From a virus (lineage: Duplodnaviria > Caudoviricetes): DNA of 32,338 nucleotides. The stretch spans positions 1 through 32,338 of IMG/VR virus record IMGVR_UViG_3300005805_000280; one strand, written 5' to 3'. The position numbers and the translations under genes are program-made. Shown piece by piece: positions 8,501 through 17,284 of the stretch (position 1 is the stretch's first letter; each line of letters begins with the position of its first letter). Under the pieces are notes generated by a model that saw only the letters and a program-made list of their open reading frames with translations, made no database searches and had not been told where the DNA came from.

Positions 8501-11500
8501 TCCGGCCGGTGCCGATGTGTTGTTCAAGACTGATATCTGTACACGACCGTTGATCAAGCTGGACACCACGTTGGGTACTTGAGAGTTGATGTTGTTAATC
8601 AACCCCTGTAAGCTGGTAACTGATACTGTGGCCGCCGGAACTGCCACGTCTTGATTGTTGACTCGCAACGTGTTGCCTGGAGTCACTGTGGGATTCTGCG
8701 TGGTTCCCGTAATAATGCCATAGAGACGGCTCTGATTGACGTTCCGCTCAACTACTCCAGCTTTGAACTCCTGCTGACTGCTCTGTGGGGCGCCAGCATA
8801 GAGACTGCAACTGGTCTTGCAGATATCCACGGTTTGTCCATAATTGCTAAACTCTGCGGGAGAATTTTGTGCAATCACCTGCGCTAGAGAGAACTGATTG
8901 GTTTCAATTTCTACAAAATCGCCCACAACCAGATCGGTATTGACCGTGATGTTGTTTCCGCTGATCGCGAAAGTATTGCTAGATGTGACCACTGTGCTGG
9001 TCTCAGGAACCAAGAAATTACCATTTACTGACACCGATACTGCCAAGGGATTGGGTGTAGAACCCAGTACGGTGAATGTCACCGTACTGGTTTCGCCGTA
9101 GTGGAACCTCTGCACATCTCGATCGTAAACATAGATGGCACCGGCCTGCACCTGGCCATCGAGATCAAGATCCTTGGCCCCAATTAACACCTGTCGGCCA
9201 TCCACTGTACAAGCTACGCTATAACCAAACTGAGCCGGAGACCCTGAAATTGCAGGTGGAATTATGGTATCTACATAAAGCCAATACCGATTACCACGCA
9301 CAACAACATTGTCTAACGGATTCAGTACCGTGACAAAAGTCACTTGCTTGGTAATAGTATCAAATGTGTAGTCAATGTCAGGGCGCGCAAGATCGTTGTT
9401 GATTAGTACTTGAAAACTATAGATATCGCTTTCGCTCAAAGATACCTGATAGAAATATTGACCAATGTCATATGTGGGGCCAGCTGTGGGATCTAATTCA
9501 ACTGTGGATAGTCTTTCAATATCAACTATCTCCTCATCTGCTGGGGGCAAAGTAAAGATAACCTGATCTAGGTTACTACTCAAATTGTAGTCAACCCCTA
9601 GTACCTGCAGAACAGTATTGACCGTGACAAATACCTGCGTGTTTTGTGCAATCTGTATGGTAGACGAAATGTCATAAGTGACAGTATTACCGTCGCCTAT
9701 GAATTGCACTTGTTGTTGTTGCCAGGGTACCTGGGTATAAGCATGCACTTCGCCGTTGTTTTTGCCCGGGGCACCAATATACATCCAGCGTTCATCGGCG
9801 CTCATGGCCACGCTAAATCCAAACCTGGCTTGATCGAGATCAACATCTCCAGGGGTGGTCAGCAGCTGCCAGTTCACATAGGGATTGTTGCCCACTGTGA
9901 CCAAGGGATTTTTGAATATAACGCAAGCATACCCTGCATTGTCCAAACTGGTTCCGCTGAGACTGGCCGGGGCGCCTGCCACTGCCCAGTCTAGTTTACC
10001 AAAGGTAACGCTGCTACCGTAGGCCCTGACACCACTGTTGTTTAATTCCAGCAAGGCATTCTGGCCAGATATGGGACTGATCGGTTGATAGGTTCCTAGA
10101 TAGCTCTTGACATAGGTGTAGACTGCACCTCGTTCAACACCGACTGGGAATCCTCGTCTGGGGCTTCCTACTAGCACAGCCTGTTGATTAACACCCATGG
10201 CCACTGCTGTGCCATATCCTTCAGTAGCATCGGGCTCTTGCGCAGTTATAGTGGCTGTGGATGAGTATATGTCCTGTTTCTGATACACTGCCCAACGTCC
10301 ACTACCATCATCGTCAACCCAGACGCGAGCGCCGGGTACCAATTGATTCACGTAGGACAACCCCACAATATCACTGAACTGTGCCACGCGCATGGTCTCG
10401 AGAGTGAACCCAATTCCAGTTCCGTCAATTACTGATCGGCTTCCAGGAGGAAACTGGAATGATATGGTAACTGAAGTGAGGTTGGGGACAGTGAGAACTT
10501 CATAAATGCCATCTACTTCGGTATCAAAGAATCTAATAATTAGCTTGTTGCCGACAGTCAGATCATGCTGAGAGGTAAACAATACCAGGCTAGTACCATC
10601 AAGATTGTCGCATAGATGAGTTATTGATCCAGGCACAGAGTTGGTTTGAAAAATTCCCCAATCGTACTCGTTAATCTTGGCTACCCAAACTGAAGTACCC
10701 ACTGATATCTGGTCTAGATCGGCGGCCAGACTGGCAGAATCGCTGATATCAAACACCGTGATATCAACGTTGTCGAGATTGACATATCCCGCGCTAGGCA
10801 ACCCGGTGTCTGTGGGAAGATCCATGGTGGTTGGAAAGACATCGGGCGATGTAAGTTTGTAACTCTGCTTCCAAATACTGCCCAACAGCACGGTCTGATC
10901 GGCCTGACTGGACTGTTGGGCATTGATTATCTGTATGGTGCTGGGATTGGGATTAAGCAGAGCTCGATTCAATCTCAACTCAATAAAACTGCGGTTGGCG
11001 TTGGCTCCATAAACACCACGTTGTACTGCCCAGTTTTCATAGACGTCATAGTTGGCCTGCTCTTTTCTCAGTCTCGCTGATCGCAAGTTTTCTACTGACA
11101 GCAGAGTACCTTTAGTTCCCAAAAACTGCCGATACACGTTAACCTGACTCACATCATCAAGGTTAAGGGCTGCAAGATAACGTCGCGGACGAAATCCTAT
11201 TAGACCAAAACTGAACAAATCTTCTTCAATGTCAAGATTGGTATCGTTTATATCGTAAGTTTTTTGTATCTGATTGGCATAATTGGCCAGATTGGGCAAT
11301 AGTCCCTGTTCAATCTGTTCATAATCGCTTTGTAGCCAGTCGTTGAAATTGAACGAGGTACTGGGTTGAACTATGCGAGCTGCGCTCCAATAGCTGCCTT
11401 TGTGTTGTACGATTTCACCCTTGGTATAAGTGCGCAGGCCAGTCCAGTCTTGTACATTGTCCTGATTAAGTATAAAGCCCTGAGCATCAATATTACCATT

Positions 11501-14500
11501 CCAATCTGTGGTATTGTTGGCTGTGAGACTCAGACGGAACTGTCGAGCCCCTGTGACTGGATCGTAGATGAGATCGCCAAACTCGCTAGAATTGTCAAGC
11601 ACTATCATGTGCTCATAACTGGTGTAGTTGAGTTCAACAAAACTAAGAATCTGATCGGTCAAGGATTCCACAATTAGAGTATTAGCCAAACGAACAATGT
11701 TAAGATTGCGCGTGGCCAGCTCCTGGCGGTTCTGATCCAGCAGAATATTTTCCGCAGTCTGTGCTATGAGACTGTCAACTACAGCCTGGGGGCGTGTGAT
11801 CTCTAGTTTTTTTGCCAGTGGGTTAAGGCTGAGTAATGTTTCACTTTCCCATTCTTGGCCAACCCAGTAAAGGAATTCCAATGCCATGCGAGTCCAATCC
11901 AGCTGATATCCGTTGGACACATTGTCAAATACAAATCCCTGTCGTTTGAGATATTCTCCGTATCCCAATAGAAATTGGACCACTTCCTGTGCGGTGTTAT
12001 AAACAGTGCTGTAGGCCACTGAAGCGGTAAGATTGCTGAATACCGTGGACACTTGCACAGTAATTCCACCTGACGTAAGAATCTTGGGTTGATTGGTAGG
12101 CAGGCTCTGCTGTGTAACAAAATAGGGCTGCAAAGTGCTATAGCCAAAAATCTGATATCCGTCGGTGACTTTCTGCACTATAACTGAACTATATGTGGTT
12201 TGGGCAAAGGGCTGATTTTTATACAACAACAATTGATAACTGTTGTCAGGAATGAGGAATCCAGTATTGGTACTGTTGGGAGTGGAACGTTCGGTTCCCA
12301 GTGAAATATACTTCTTGTCTGAGAAACTGGCCATGCGATAGCACAACCGCACGTCAAGATTAGCCAGGTCTAACGAAAGCTGCGTGGTGCTGTCAATACC
12401 GGTCTGACGATTGTAGTCCACAATCCAATTGATAAAACTGGCCTTGCTCATGCCATCGCCATAGACCTGGATGTTTTTTGCATCTAGGCGATAGCGTCCC
12501 TGATAAAGATATTGATTAAATTCTGAATTATAGCGATAGAGATCGCGATCAGCAAACAGAGAGAAAAACTTAGCTGGTCGGGTAAGCGCCAATAGTCGCA
12601 TCACCGCAAATGGGTAGAGACTGCTGTTCCACCAGCTGGCTTCTACCGGTCCACCGTCACCTAGAGACCATGGTTTTTCAAACTGTTGTGCATCGTAGGT
12701 GCCTACCACGGTGTCAAACGGTGGTAGAAGCTGACCTTCGCTACCTGAAGGAATTACCTTGGTAAGTCCCGGGCGCGTATAGGCTGGAATCACATAAGCG
12801 CCCAGCGGATCGCGCACAACACCTGCTTCAAGATCATCCCAAAGCACCAAGTTACCGTCGGTGTAAGGCGCTTCACCGTAAGTGAGATCCCACCAGGTAG
12901 GTTTGACCGAGAACCCCAGCATTTCCCAGGGCGTCAGCTGTGGCTGAATGCTGTCGTAGAAATAGCGATTAATGCCGCGCCAGGCACCTGGCAGATCCCC
13001 GTCTTCCAGGCGGCTGGTGCTGGCGCTGTAGTTATAGGTAAATGCATTGTTGGCTGCATACTGTTGAGTAGTGTAATTGAGTTTGTTCCAGGCTACCCAG
13101 CTGAGAAAATCCTGATCAAGTATACTCTGTATCTGACTAAGGCCATACCCAGTATCACGGAATTCACCAGGCAACACATCAGCTACAGTGAGAGGCACGG
13201 GATTATCATCCAGTTTGATATTGTTATAGATCCGAGTTTCAAATTCTAGTAATACTGCGTCGCGAATATCGCCAAATATATTGGTGACGCTGCCGTCATG
13301 CCCGATAATCACCTCTTGCTCGCCGTTGCTGGTCTGCTGAGTTGTGATTTTAGGTTGCCAAGCTGGATACAATCCCATTTTGGTAGGAGTGTTGGGACAA
13401 AAACTGCCGGCGGTGTTTGAGTATTCGCGGATGGTTAGAGTCTGCCCCACTGTTAGAGGTATAAGCACAGTTATCGTGGCCCCGTTTGTGGCCACGGTAT
13501 AATCAAGCCCACGTACCAGAATTTCATTATCAAGATACACATCCATACCAAGATAATTGGCCGATTGGTAATCGTGAAAATCAATAGTGTTGAAAGTGCT
13601 GGTAGTAGTGTATGTTATCTCATAAACAGTTTCCTGATACACTGCCCCCGACGGCAACATATCTGACCAGTAGAACGGTTGTGTTTCGACCCGACCCTGG
13701 GTGATGTTTTCAATGGCTCGATCTAGTATCTGTGCTGGAGTTTCAAAATTTATGGTCTGCTGCGTAATGTTTTCCAAGAGAAGATTTTTGTACTTGGTGT
13801 ATTCACGACCGTTGTAGATCAAACTGTTGAAAATATTATATTTTTCGCTGCGCAAGAAATAACCAGCCATGGTAAGTGGCGCACTTTGTTGCAAGATATT
13901 GAGACCGTAGGGCACGATATCGCCAAGATCTCGGGTGTTGTTGGCACCGTTAACTGGTCCTTGGAGATTGATCAGGTTCTCACAGATGGTCTGATAATGC
14001 TGGCGTATTCCGCCCAGCGTAAAAAACTCGCTGTTGCTATTAAAAGGGTTGTTTTCTAGGTTGATTGGAACTTGATAGAACCCTATTTTGCTGGTTTGGC
14101 CGCTAAGGGCCAGCACTTCGATAATACTGTCTGGTGCAAACTCTCGCAACAGCGTGATCTGTGTTCTGTTGTTCAGTACAGTATAGGTAAAATTGTCTAA
14201 CGAAACCCATTCACCGTTAACATAAATCTTGATCACCGGGATATCACGACGATCACTGACCGGGACATCGATCTCAAGATTGACTGTGGAAAACACAAAC
14301 TTGAACTGCTGATAAACCTCAGACGTGGTAACAGCTTCTTGCCAGCCCAAAGGTCTCTGATAAGTAGTTCGATCTAGATACTGTCTAGGTGTACCTGTGC
14401 TTATCAACTGGGCGTAGCTGGCTCGATCCCTGGTGTACACAAAAGAGTCAGCGTAGAGATTGTTATCAAATACAATATCACCAAGGTTGTTTATGGTAAG

Positions 14501-17284
14501 GTATCGCAGTGCCAGCCCCAATACTGGATCTTTTACTCCGTTGGGATTTAGGGCATAGCTGAACAGTTTGTTGCCCGCAAAGTTGGTGCTGGGATATTTG
14601 CTGCCATCACCAAAACTGACCCCTTCAAGATCATAGACGTCAAATAACGGTGCCTGTTGTACCGAAGTCTTGAGTTGTGATTGTATCCACTCTATACCAT
14701 TATACCAGTAACTGAGGCCCGCACGACCGCGCAGGATTTCTTCACCGTTAATTGTCACTTCTTCGCCTGCAGGTATGGGATTCTGAGCAGTTCCTTGATT
14801 CAGTATAACCACACACTGGTCTACTAGCACTTCGCCGTCGCTAGGCTCTACCAGATGTATCACGGGCTGCGTAGAAATAGGTTCCACGGTGTCTGGGTAG
14901 ATGAATTCAACTTGATAGATTTTGTTACGAACTTCAAGATCTCCATCGTTGGCAAAGATTACTCGAGTACCGTTCACAAAGTCGTATCCGTAAATGCTAT
15001 AACTAGTAGCACCCTCGATATTGCTCAAGGCATCAGTTTCGTCAAAATCAATCGCATTTACTGGCTGCTTGCCTTGGGTGCCCATGTTGTACAAGTGTAG
15101 ACCCGAGCGGAACTGTATAATCGGTCGACGGGCTTTTGAGTCAGATGGAATATCAGCTATGGTATTGTTATACTCAGCCGTGGCGCGGATCACGTCAATA
15201 TGGAACCAACGGTTGCTGCGACTCCAAGCATTGCGGTCCGGGCTGGACCGATCAATAGTGATGTAATCAGGAGTGAGTGGTTGGGTTGCCGTGTTATATC
15301 CAGTTTCTTCCAGCACATACAACTCTGGAGTCACAGTGTCATTGACTGGTAACAGACTGATAGCTGACCCCACACCGCACACATAGTATTCTCGGTAATT
15401 GATTGCGGTAGCACCCATAGTGCCTGAAGAATTGGTTAAGGTTACTGGATTACCAGTGGGAGTATTTGACACCGAGAATTGTAGTACATTCTGCACTGTG
15501 TTTACATAGTAAGACTGACCAGCCACAAGTCCGCCTAGAGTGGTCGCCTGAAACACTATTTCTTGCCCAGGATAGAGAAGAGCAGTGTCATATGTGGTGA
15601 TAAGATTCTGATCTGTCGTGGTGCCGGTGCAGATTATTTCAATGCTATTACTGCCGTAGCTGGCTGGGATTACATCACCACGGAACACCACTTTGAGTCC
15701 ATTGGTAAAAGTTACACCATTGGGACTGGTATAATTGGGATTGCCCAGCATGTCGTTAATGTAGATTGTAGAACTTTCGGCTGGTTCTACCAGGCGTATG
15801 ATGCCCACAATCCCGGGATCTGTGCCATCTTGATAGTAGAGAGTGTCAAGAGCGGCAGTAAGCGATGGCATCTGCCGCAATGATCCCTGCGTGGTTTTAT
15901 ACCATTGGGTGTTGGCATACGTCACACCATATCTTATGCTCCATTTGATTTGCTCAGGTATGTCTGACAGCTTGTTTACCACAAGGTAGGGCAGATTATC
16001 TATGTAATTGTATGAAATCTGAAACAGCTGACGAGTATCGGGCGGAGCAATTCCCGGATCGGACCCCACAAAGATAATCGTGCGATTGTCAAGATTAGAG
16101 ATTCCATCGATACCGCCGCGCTCGGCCAAGAATGAATCGAGACTCTGTCCCTGTATGTCCGAGATCTTGAGATCTGTCACAAGATCTACAGGCAGGCTAA
16201 ACACTGGTAGATTATAGAAATATTGCTGCTGTGTGCGGGTCGGCACATTGAAAACCACTGTGCCTAGATCTTCGCCGTTATTGATAACCCCAAAAACATC
16301 ACGCGAAGTGATGTTGGGATAGGTAGGATCTCGACCTTGTACACCCGGAGCAGTCTGTATCCAAAATCCCGGACCTGTGCCGGGGTCTCCATCAACAATG
16401 TTGATCTGACCACGCAAGTTAGATTGATTTTCAGACACGTAATACAACGTGTCAGGTGCATCCTGAGGGACTACAAACGTGACCAATCCCGACAAGCTGC
16501 CATTTCGAGAAACTCCGTCGTTATAGGCGTAGGCAGTTCCCAGTTCGTTCTGAGTCTTGATCCAGAACGGATACGGGTTCCTTAATACCAGATTGAACAC
16601 ATAGGTGTTGCCTCGTGCTAGAGTGATTGTAGGGTTGACCACATTGTCGATGGTATACCCGGTATTGCCTTTGTTGCTGACGCGGAAGTTCACGGTTTCT
16701 TTGCTGTTTTGGGCAATATTAAAAGTATAGTTGCCGCCACGCACCAATTCTACCGTGGGGTTGTTTCCAGACAATCCGCTAAAGGTGTAGACACCGTTAG
16801 AGCGTGTCACATCAAACGAATCAGTTATAGGGGTTCCGGTGGCGCTGACATCTACTGCATCAGGCCCGTTGGGTAACCAGTAGTATTGACCAAAGTTCAC
16901 AAAAGTATCAAAATCGCACAACGGATCCCAAGCATAATACTCGCTCTGCATGAGTTGGTCCGGACGATCTCCTGTACCGCCCTTGGCCGATATAGAGTCT
17001 AGTATACCAGGATAAGTTATGGCATCTTGAATTCGATTGGTATTCTGTGAGTCAAGGCCGATGATGCCTGGTTCCAGCTGATAATCAGCCCGAGTTTTAG
17101 TAAGTTCAACCACATAACGGTCATCGGGTATCACACCCGGACCTACAGTACGTCCAATAAACCCTTGGGTTTTCTTGAACGCAGGCTCCTGCGTTAGTGT
17201 ATCGAGAGTGGCTGCCAAGAACTGTCGGTTGGTGTCAGTCTGGAAGATCTCGGGTAAAAAGTCTACAGTTCTTACTCGTGCCAT
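2549..17284 (-). CDS. Giant (4911 aa) multidomain baseplate/virion structural protein
   Basis: 14.7-kb uninterrupted ORF coupled to the gp6-like gene by TAATG, the position taken by gp7 in T4. It has FG-GAP-like repeats, W-x5-Y-x2-G-x2-V (CBM5/12-like) motifs, GSGY repeats, GDGxTxxF beta-sandwich repeats and the motif YIQEVKPYHVQVREF. Confidence 0.85.
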   Translation of the reverse strand: MARVRTVDFLPEIFQTDTNRQFLAATLDTLTQEPAFKKTQGFIGRTVGPGVIPDDRYVVELTKTRADYQLEPGIIGLDSQNTNRIQDAITYPGILDSISAKGGTGDRPDQLMQSEYYAWDPLCDFDTFVNFGQYYWLPNGPDAVDVSATGTPITDSFDVTRSNGVYTFSGLSGNNPTVELVRGGNYTFNIAQNSKETVNFRVSNKGNTGYTIDNVVNPTITLARGNTYVFNLVLRNPYPFWIKTQNELGTAYAYNDGVSRNGSLSGLVTFVVPQDAPDTLYYVSENQSNLRGQINIVDGDPGTGPGFWIQTAPGVQGRDPTYPNITSRDVFGVINNGEDLGTVVFNVPTRTQQQYFYNLPVFSLPVDLVTDLKISDIQGQSLDSFLAERGGIDGISNLDNRTIIFVGSDPGIAPPDTRQLFQISYNYIDNLPYLVVNKLSDIPEQIKWSIRYGVTYANTQWYKTTQGSLRQMPSLTAALDTLYYQDGTDPGIVGIIRLVEPAESSTIYINDMLGNPNYTSPNGVTFTNGLKVVFRGDVIPASYGSNSIEIICTGTTTDQNLITTYDTALLYPGQEIVFQATTLGGLVAGQSYYVNTVQNVLQFSVSNTPTGNPVTLTNSSGTMGATAINYREYYVCGVGSAISLLPVNDTVTPELYVLEETGYNTATQPLTPDYITIDRSSPDRNAWSRSNRWFHIDVIRATAEYNNTIADIPSDSKARRPIIQFRSGLHLYNMGTQGKQPVNAIDFDETDALSNIEGATSYSIYGYDFVNGTRVIFANDGDLEVRNKIYQVEFIYPDTVEPISTQPVIHLVEPSDGEVLVDQCVVILNQGTAQNPIPAGEEVTINGEEILRGRAGLSYWYNGIEWIQSQLKTSVQQAPLFDVYDLEGVSFGDGSKYPSTNFAGNKLFSYALNPNGVKDPVLGLALRYLTINNLGDIVFDNNLYADSFVYTRDRASYAQLISTGTPRQYLDRTTYQRPLGWQEAVTTSEVYQQFKFVFSTVNLEIDVPVSDRRDIPVIKIYVNGEWVSLDNFTYTVLNNRTQITLLREFAPDSIIEVLALSGQTSKIGFYQVPINLENNPFNSNSEFFTLGGIRQHYQTICENLINLQGPVNGANNTRDLGDIVPYGLNILQQSAPLTMAGYFLRSEKYNIFNSLIYNGREYTKYKNLLLENITQQTINFETPAQILDRAIENITQGRVETQPFYWSDMLPSGAVYQETVYEITYTTTSTFNTIDFHDYQSANYLGMDVYLDNEILVRGLDYTVATNGATITVLIPLTVGQTLTIREYSNTAGSFCPNTPTKMGLYPAWQPKITTQQTSNGEQEVIIGHDGSVTNIFGDIRDAVLLEFETRIYNNIKLDDNPVPLTVADVLPGEFRDTGYGLSQIQSILDQDFLSWVAWNKLNYTTQQYAANNAFTYNYSASTSRLEDGDLPGAWRGINRYFYDSIQPQLTPWEMLGFSVKPTWWDLTYGEAPYTDGNLVLWDDLEAGVVRDPLGAYVIPAYTRPGLTKVIPSGSEGQLLPPFDTVVGTYDAQQFEKPWSLGDGGPVEASWWNSSLYPFAVMRLLALTRPAKFFSLFADRDLYRYNSEFNQYLYQGRYRLDAKNIQVYGDGMSKASFINWIVDYNRQTGIDSTTQLSLDLANLDVRLCYRMASFSDKKYISLGTERSTPNSTNTGFLIPDNSYQLLLYKNQPFAQTTYSSVIVQKVTDGYQIFGYSTLQPYFVTQQSLPTNQPKILTSGGITVQVSTVFSNLTASVAYSTVYNTAQEVVQFLLGYGEYLKRQGFVFDNVSNGYQLDWTRMALEFLYWVGQEWESETLLSLNPLAKKLEITRPQAVVDSLIAQTAENILLDQNRQELATRNLNIVRLANTLIVESLTDQILSFVELNYTSYEHMIVLDNSSEFGDLIYDPVTGARQFRLSLTANNTTDWNGNIDAQGFILNQDNVQDWTGLRTYTKGEIVQHKGSYWSAARIVQPSTSFNFNDWLQSDYEQIEQGLLPNLANYANQIQKTYDINDTNLDIEEDLFSFGLIGFRPRRYLAALNLDDVSQVNVYRQFLGTKGTLLSVENLRSARLRKEQANYDVYENWAVQRGVYGANANRSFIELRLNRALLNPNPSTIQIINAQQSSQADQTVLLGSIWKQSYKLTSPDVFPTTMDLPTDTGLPSAGYVNLDNVDITVFDISDSASLAADLDQISVGTSVWVAKINEYDWGIFQTNSVPGSITHLCDNLDGTSLVLFTSQHDLTVGNKLIIRFFDTEVDGIYEVLTVPNLTSVTISFQFPPGSRSVIDGTGIGFTLETMRVAQFSDIVGLSYVNQLVPGARVWVDDDGSGRWAVYQKQDIYSSTATITAQEPDATEGYGTAVAMGVNQQAVLVGSPRRGFPVGVERGAVYTYVKSYLGTYQPISPISGQNALLELNNSGVRAYGSSVTFGKLDWAVAGAPASLSGTSLDNAGYACVIFKNPLVTVGNNPYVNWQLLTTPGDVDLDQARFGFSVAMSADERWMYIGAPGKNNGEVHAYTQVPWQQQQVQFIGDGNTVTYDISSTIQIAQNTQVFVTVNTVLQVLGVDYNLSSNLDQVIFTLPPADEEIVDIERLSTVELDPTAGPTYDIGQYFYQVSLSESDIYSFQVLINNDLARPDIDYTFDTITKQVTFVTVLNPLDNVVVRGNRYWLYVDTIIPPAISGSPAQFGYSVACTVDGRQVLIGAKDLDLDGQVQAGAIYVYDRDVQRFHYGETSTVTFTVLGSTPNPLAVSVSVNGNFLVPETSTVVTSSNTFAISGNNITVNTDLVVGDFVEIETNQFSLAQVIAQNSPAEFSNYGQTVDICKTSCSLYAGAPQSSQQEFKAGVVERNVNQSRLYGIITGTTQNPTVTPGNTLRVNNQDVAVPAATVSVTSLQGLINNINSQVPNVVSSLINGRVQISVLNNTSAPAGNKLQVAPGTIGTTFDDLGFETFVYTQTITSPYPVPYAQFGAALTVSDTAAELLIGAPSGSTYLVTDFDTGLTEFDAGSTIFFSISVQSGAVYVFNFVPAANASITNPDNFVLGQQIGISDLGGQDRLGQSLSYVSGVLLMGAPGNDIGDSSLSDYGRVYVWQNPTLRSAWVPIQREAAVVDIRLINSVFLYNLITSSTTEFLDFFNPLQGKILGAARQNIDFISAVDPAGYNAGPTNIRGTTWSQDHVGETWWNVSTVRFLDSSQGNITYDAKQWGLTFPGSQVDVYQWIVSPVPPANYTGPGTPLNNVSYSINTVLTKQGTFQTQYFFWVRGLTTVATNKGKTLSVSTVSQYIENPRLSGIAYLAPINASTVAIYNCDTLIEAQDTVLHIEFDRELNNDNVHVEYELIPQGKADGFLTDNLYRKMLDSFCGVDTAGNLVPDPILSPAEQYGVQFRPRQSMFSNRFNALKAYIIRSNAVLTRYPISEIRSFNLLNSQASVPSISSGLYNDVVSTIEILSFQNIHTVPLGYRYLVLSDSNESGLWTIYEVVLGVNDLRELQLYRVQDYRTSDYWSYINWYRPGYNSSVRPVLEVPNYAALGTISVPLGSSVKVTANPRGKFEIYLRVPEGWERVGLQDGTIEISDFIYDYIAGRFGFDAEVFDSLYFDQDPTIETRKILEALNQEIFIDELLIHRNELLMLVFDFVLSEFKAPQWLVKTSLIDVDHRIRGLEPFPNYQRDNQEFVIDYIQEVKPYHVQVREFNLLYDGQDQYLGDATDFDVPAYYNNSLDVPQYVSPILLPYAKSGATGSTTNINSDTAADNPIWTRWPWSQWYNNFLLLVDTVEVSNGGSGYTEPPTVTIQGDAVLPTLVEAVVSNGSVTAINITRLGSGYRDQPQVVFSTGNGQGAVAVVQLLGQGFGKNYSSSIVPAQDINYNLTRSIAVTLKFDRYQYQTTVQTWNPNGTYDSGELVRYDDRIWQASPIDGSTQVVGPVFDLENWTLIDVAETSLVWDPAQGYYVPVKNTSGVDRTMGLYVPGTNSPGLDLPLLVDGISYPGVQVWGDYFTGIEQLDAIYRSSFADMFLGIRPTDINVQGGQYIGPYEGHGPEELVNGSEFDTLDLRVYTRPGSDWQRNGHGFQIGATSFEYLVNRTSQSWAGILTFVAYVVASNATTDRDLTPGIDYEINWDNQTLEILSSPNVTYGDIVEIKVYGAGGGSQLYRVNYAGIEIVDAQFIVPVESALIQNIMILINGVATNDYDWEPYIDSEEWNQLQSYNFNAVVNDSGSAGPSYYRAFQPVPIGISLDDIQYWQQFTPTQQSRVRLSAAYTDQDGISVVVLGVDATYAGQFIIGRSYTITKLGNTNWLSIGANTGELGETFVATGVGSGTGEASSFYNWSVPQVQYKIINDQDITNGGFGLTNSMQGTNPANLVVTRNGLRLTPGAGIEWIGDGTTNSFGLPQRMPQEWQQISIIDSSTDIRVWVDGVFQTANVDYYVTNWDGSNTPGRQVIFFNNPVDGARILISLSTLADYQVSGNFLQLNSIPNIGDVVAVTSWNDTAQQNLLTQCFYGPVVFGAVLNEGFDSTTFDPDFVFSSTTGTISAMAMGVGESYTIVTVGTTDFTVFGASSNAPGVVFVATQPGTPTAGTGTVSGLVYSRSSATNASNNTSGSFDFSTGTQIITNNFVLDRVVPGNRVWATLDGNRLFEGQDFYMSGDTLVLTGGTINSSQILAVTIFTDSLVPEEASFRVFQDMRGVQATYRITRATTTVLTQPLSADHDVIYVQDVSALTVPDLVQGVFGVITIGGERITYRELDYVTQSVSGLRRGTAGTAADAHNTGDAVYSMGRGQLLAEQYQDYVVSDTTVGDGSTTVFYAPSVQPEDFGDSSSIWIESVEVYVEGQRQYRYGQAGNSQYNWIATDYDPLAIEFVAPLGVIDPVIAPPQGAQIVILQRRGAWWYNVSTTAARQQSLQENNSIAARFLTNRQGG

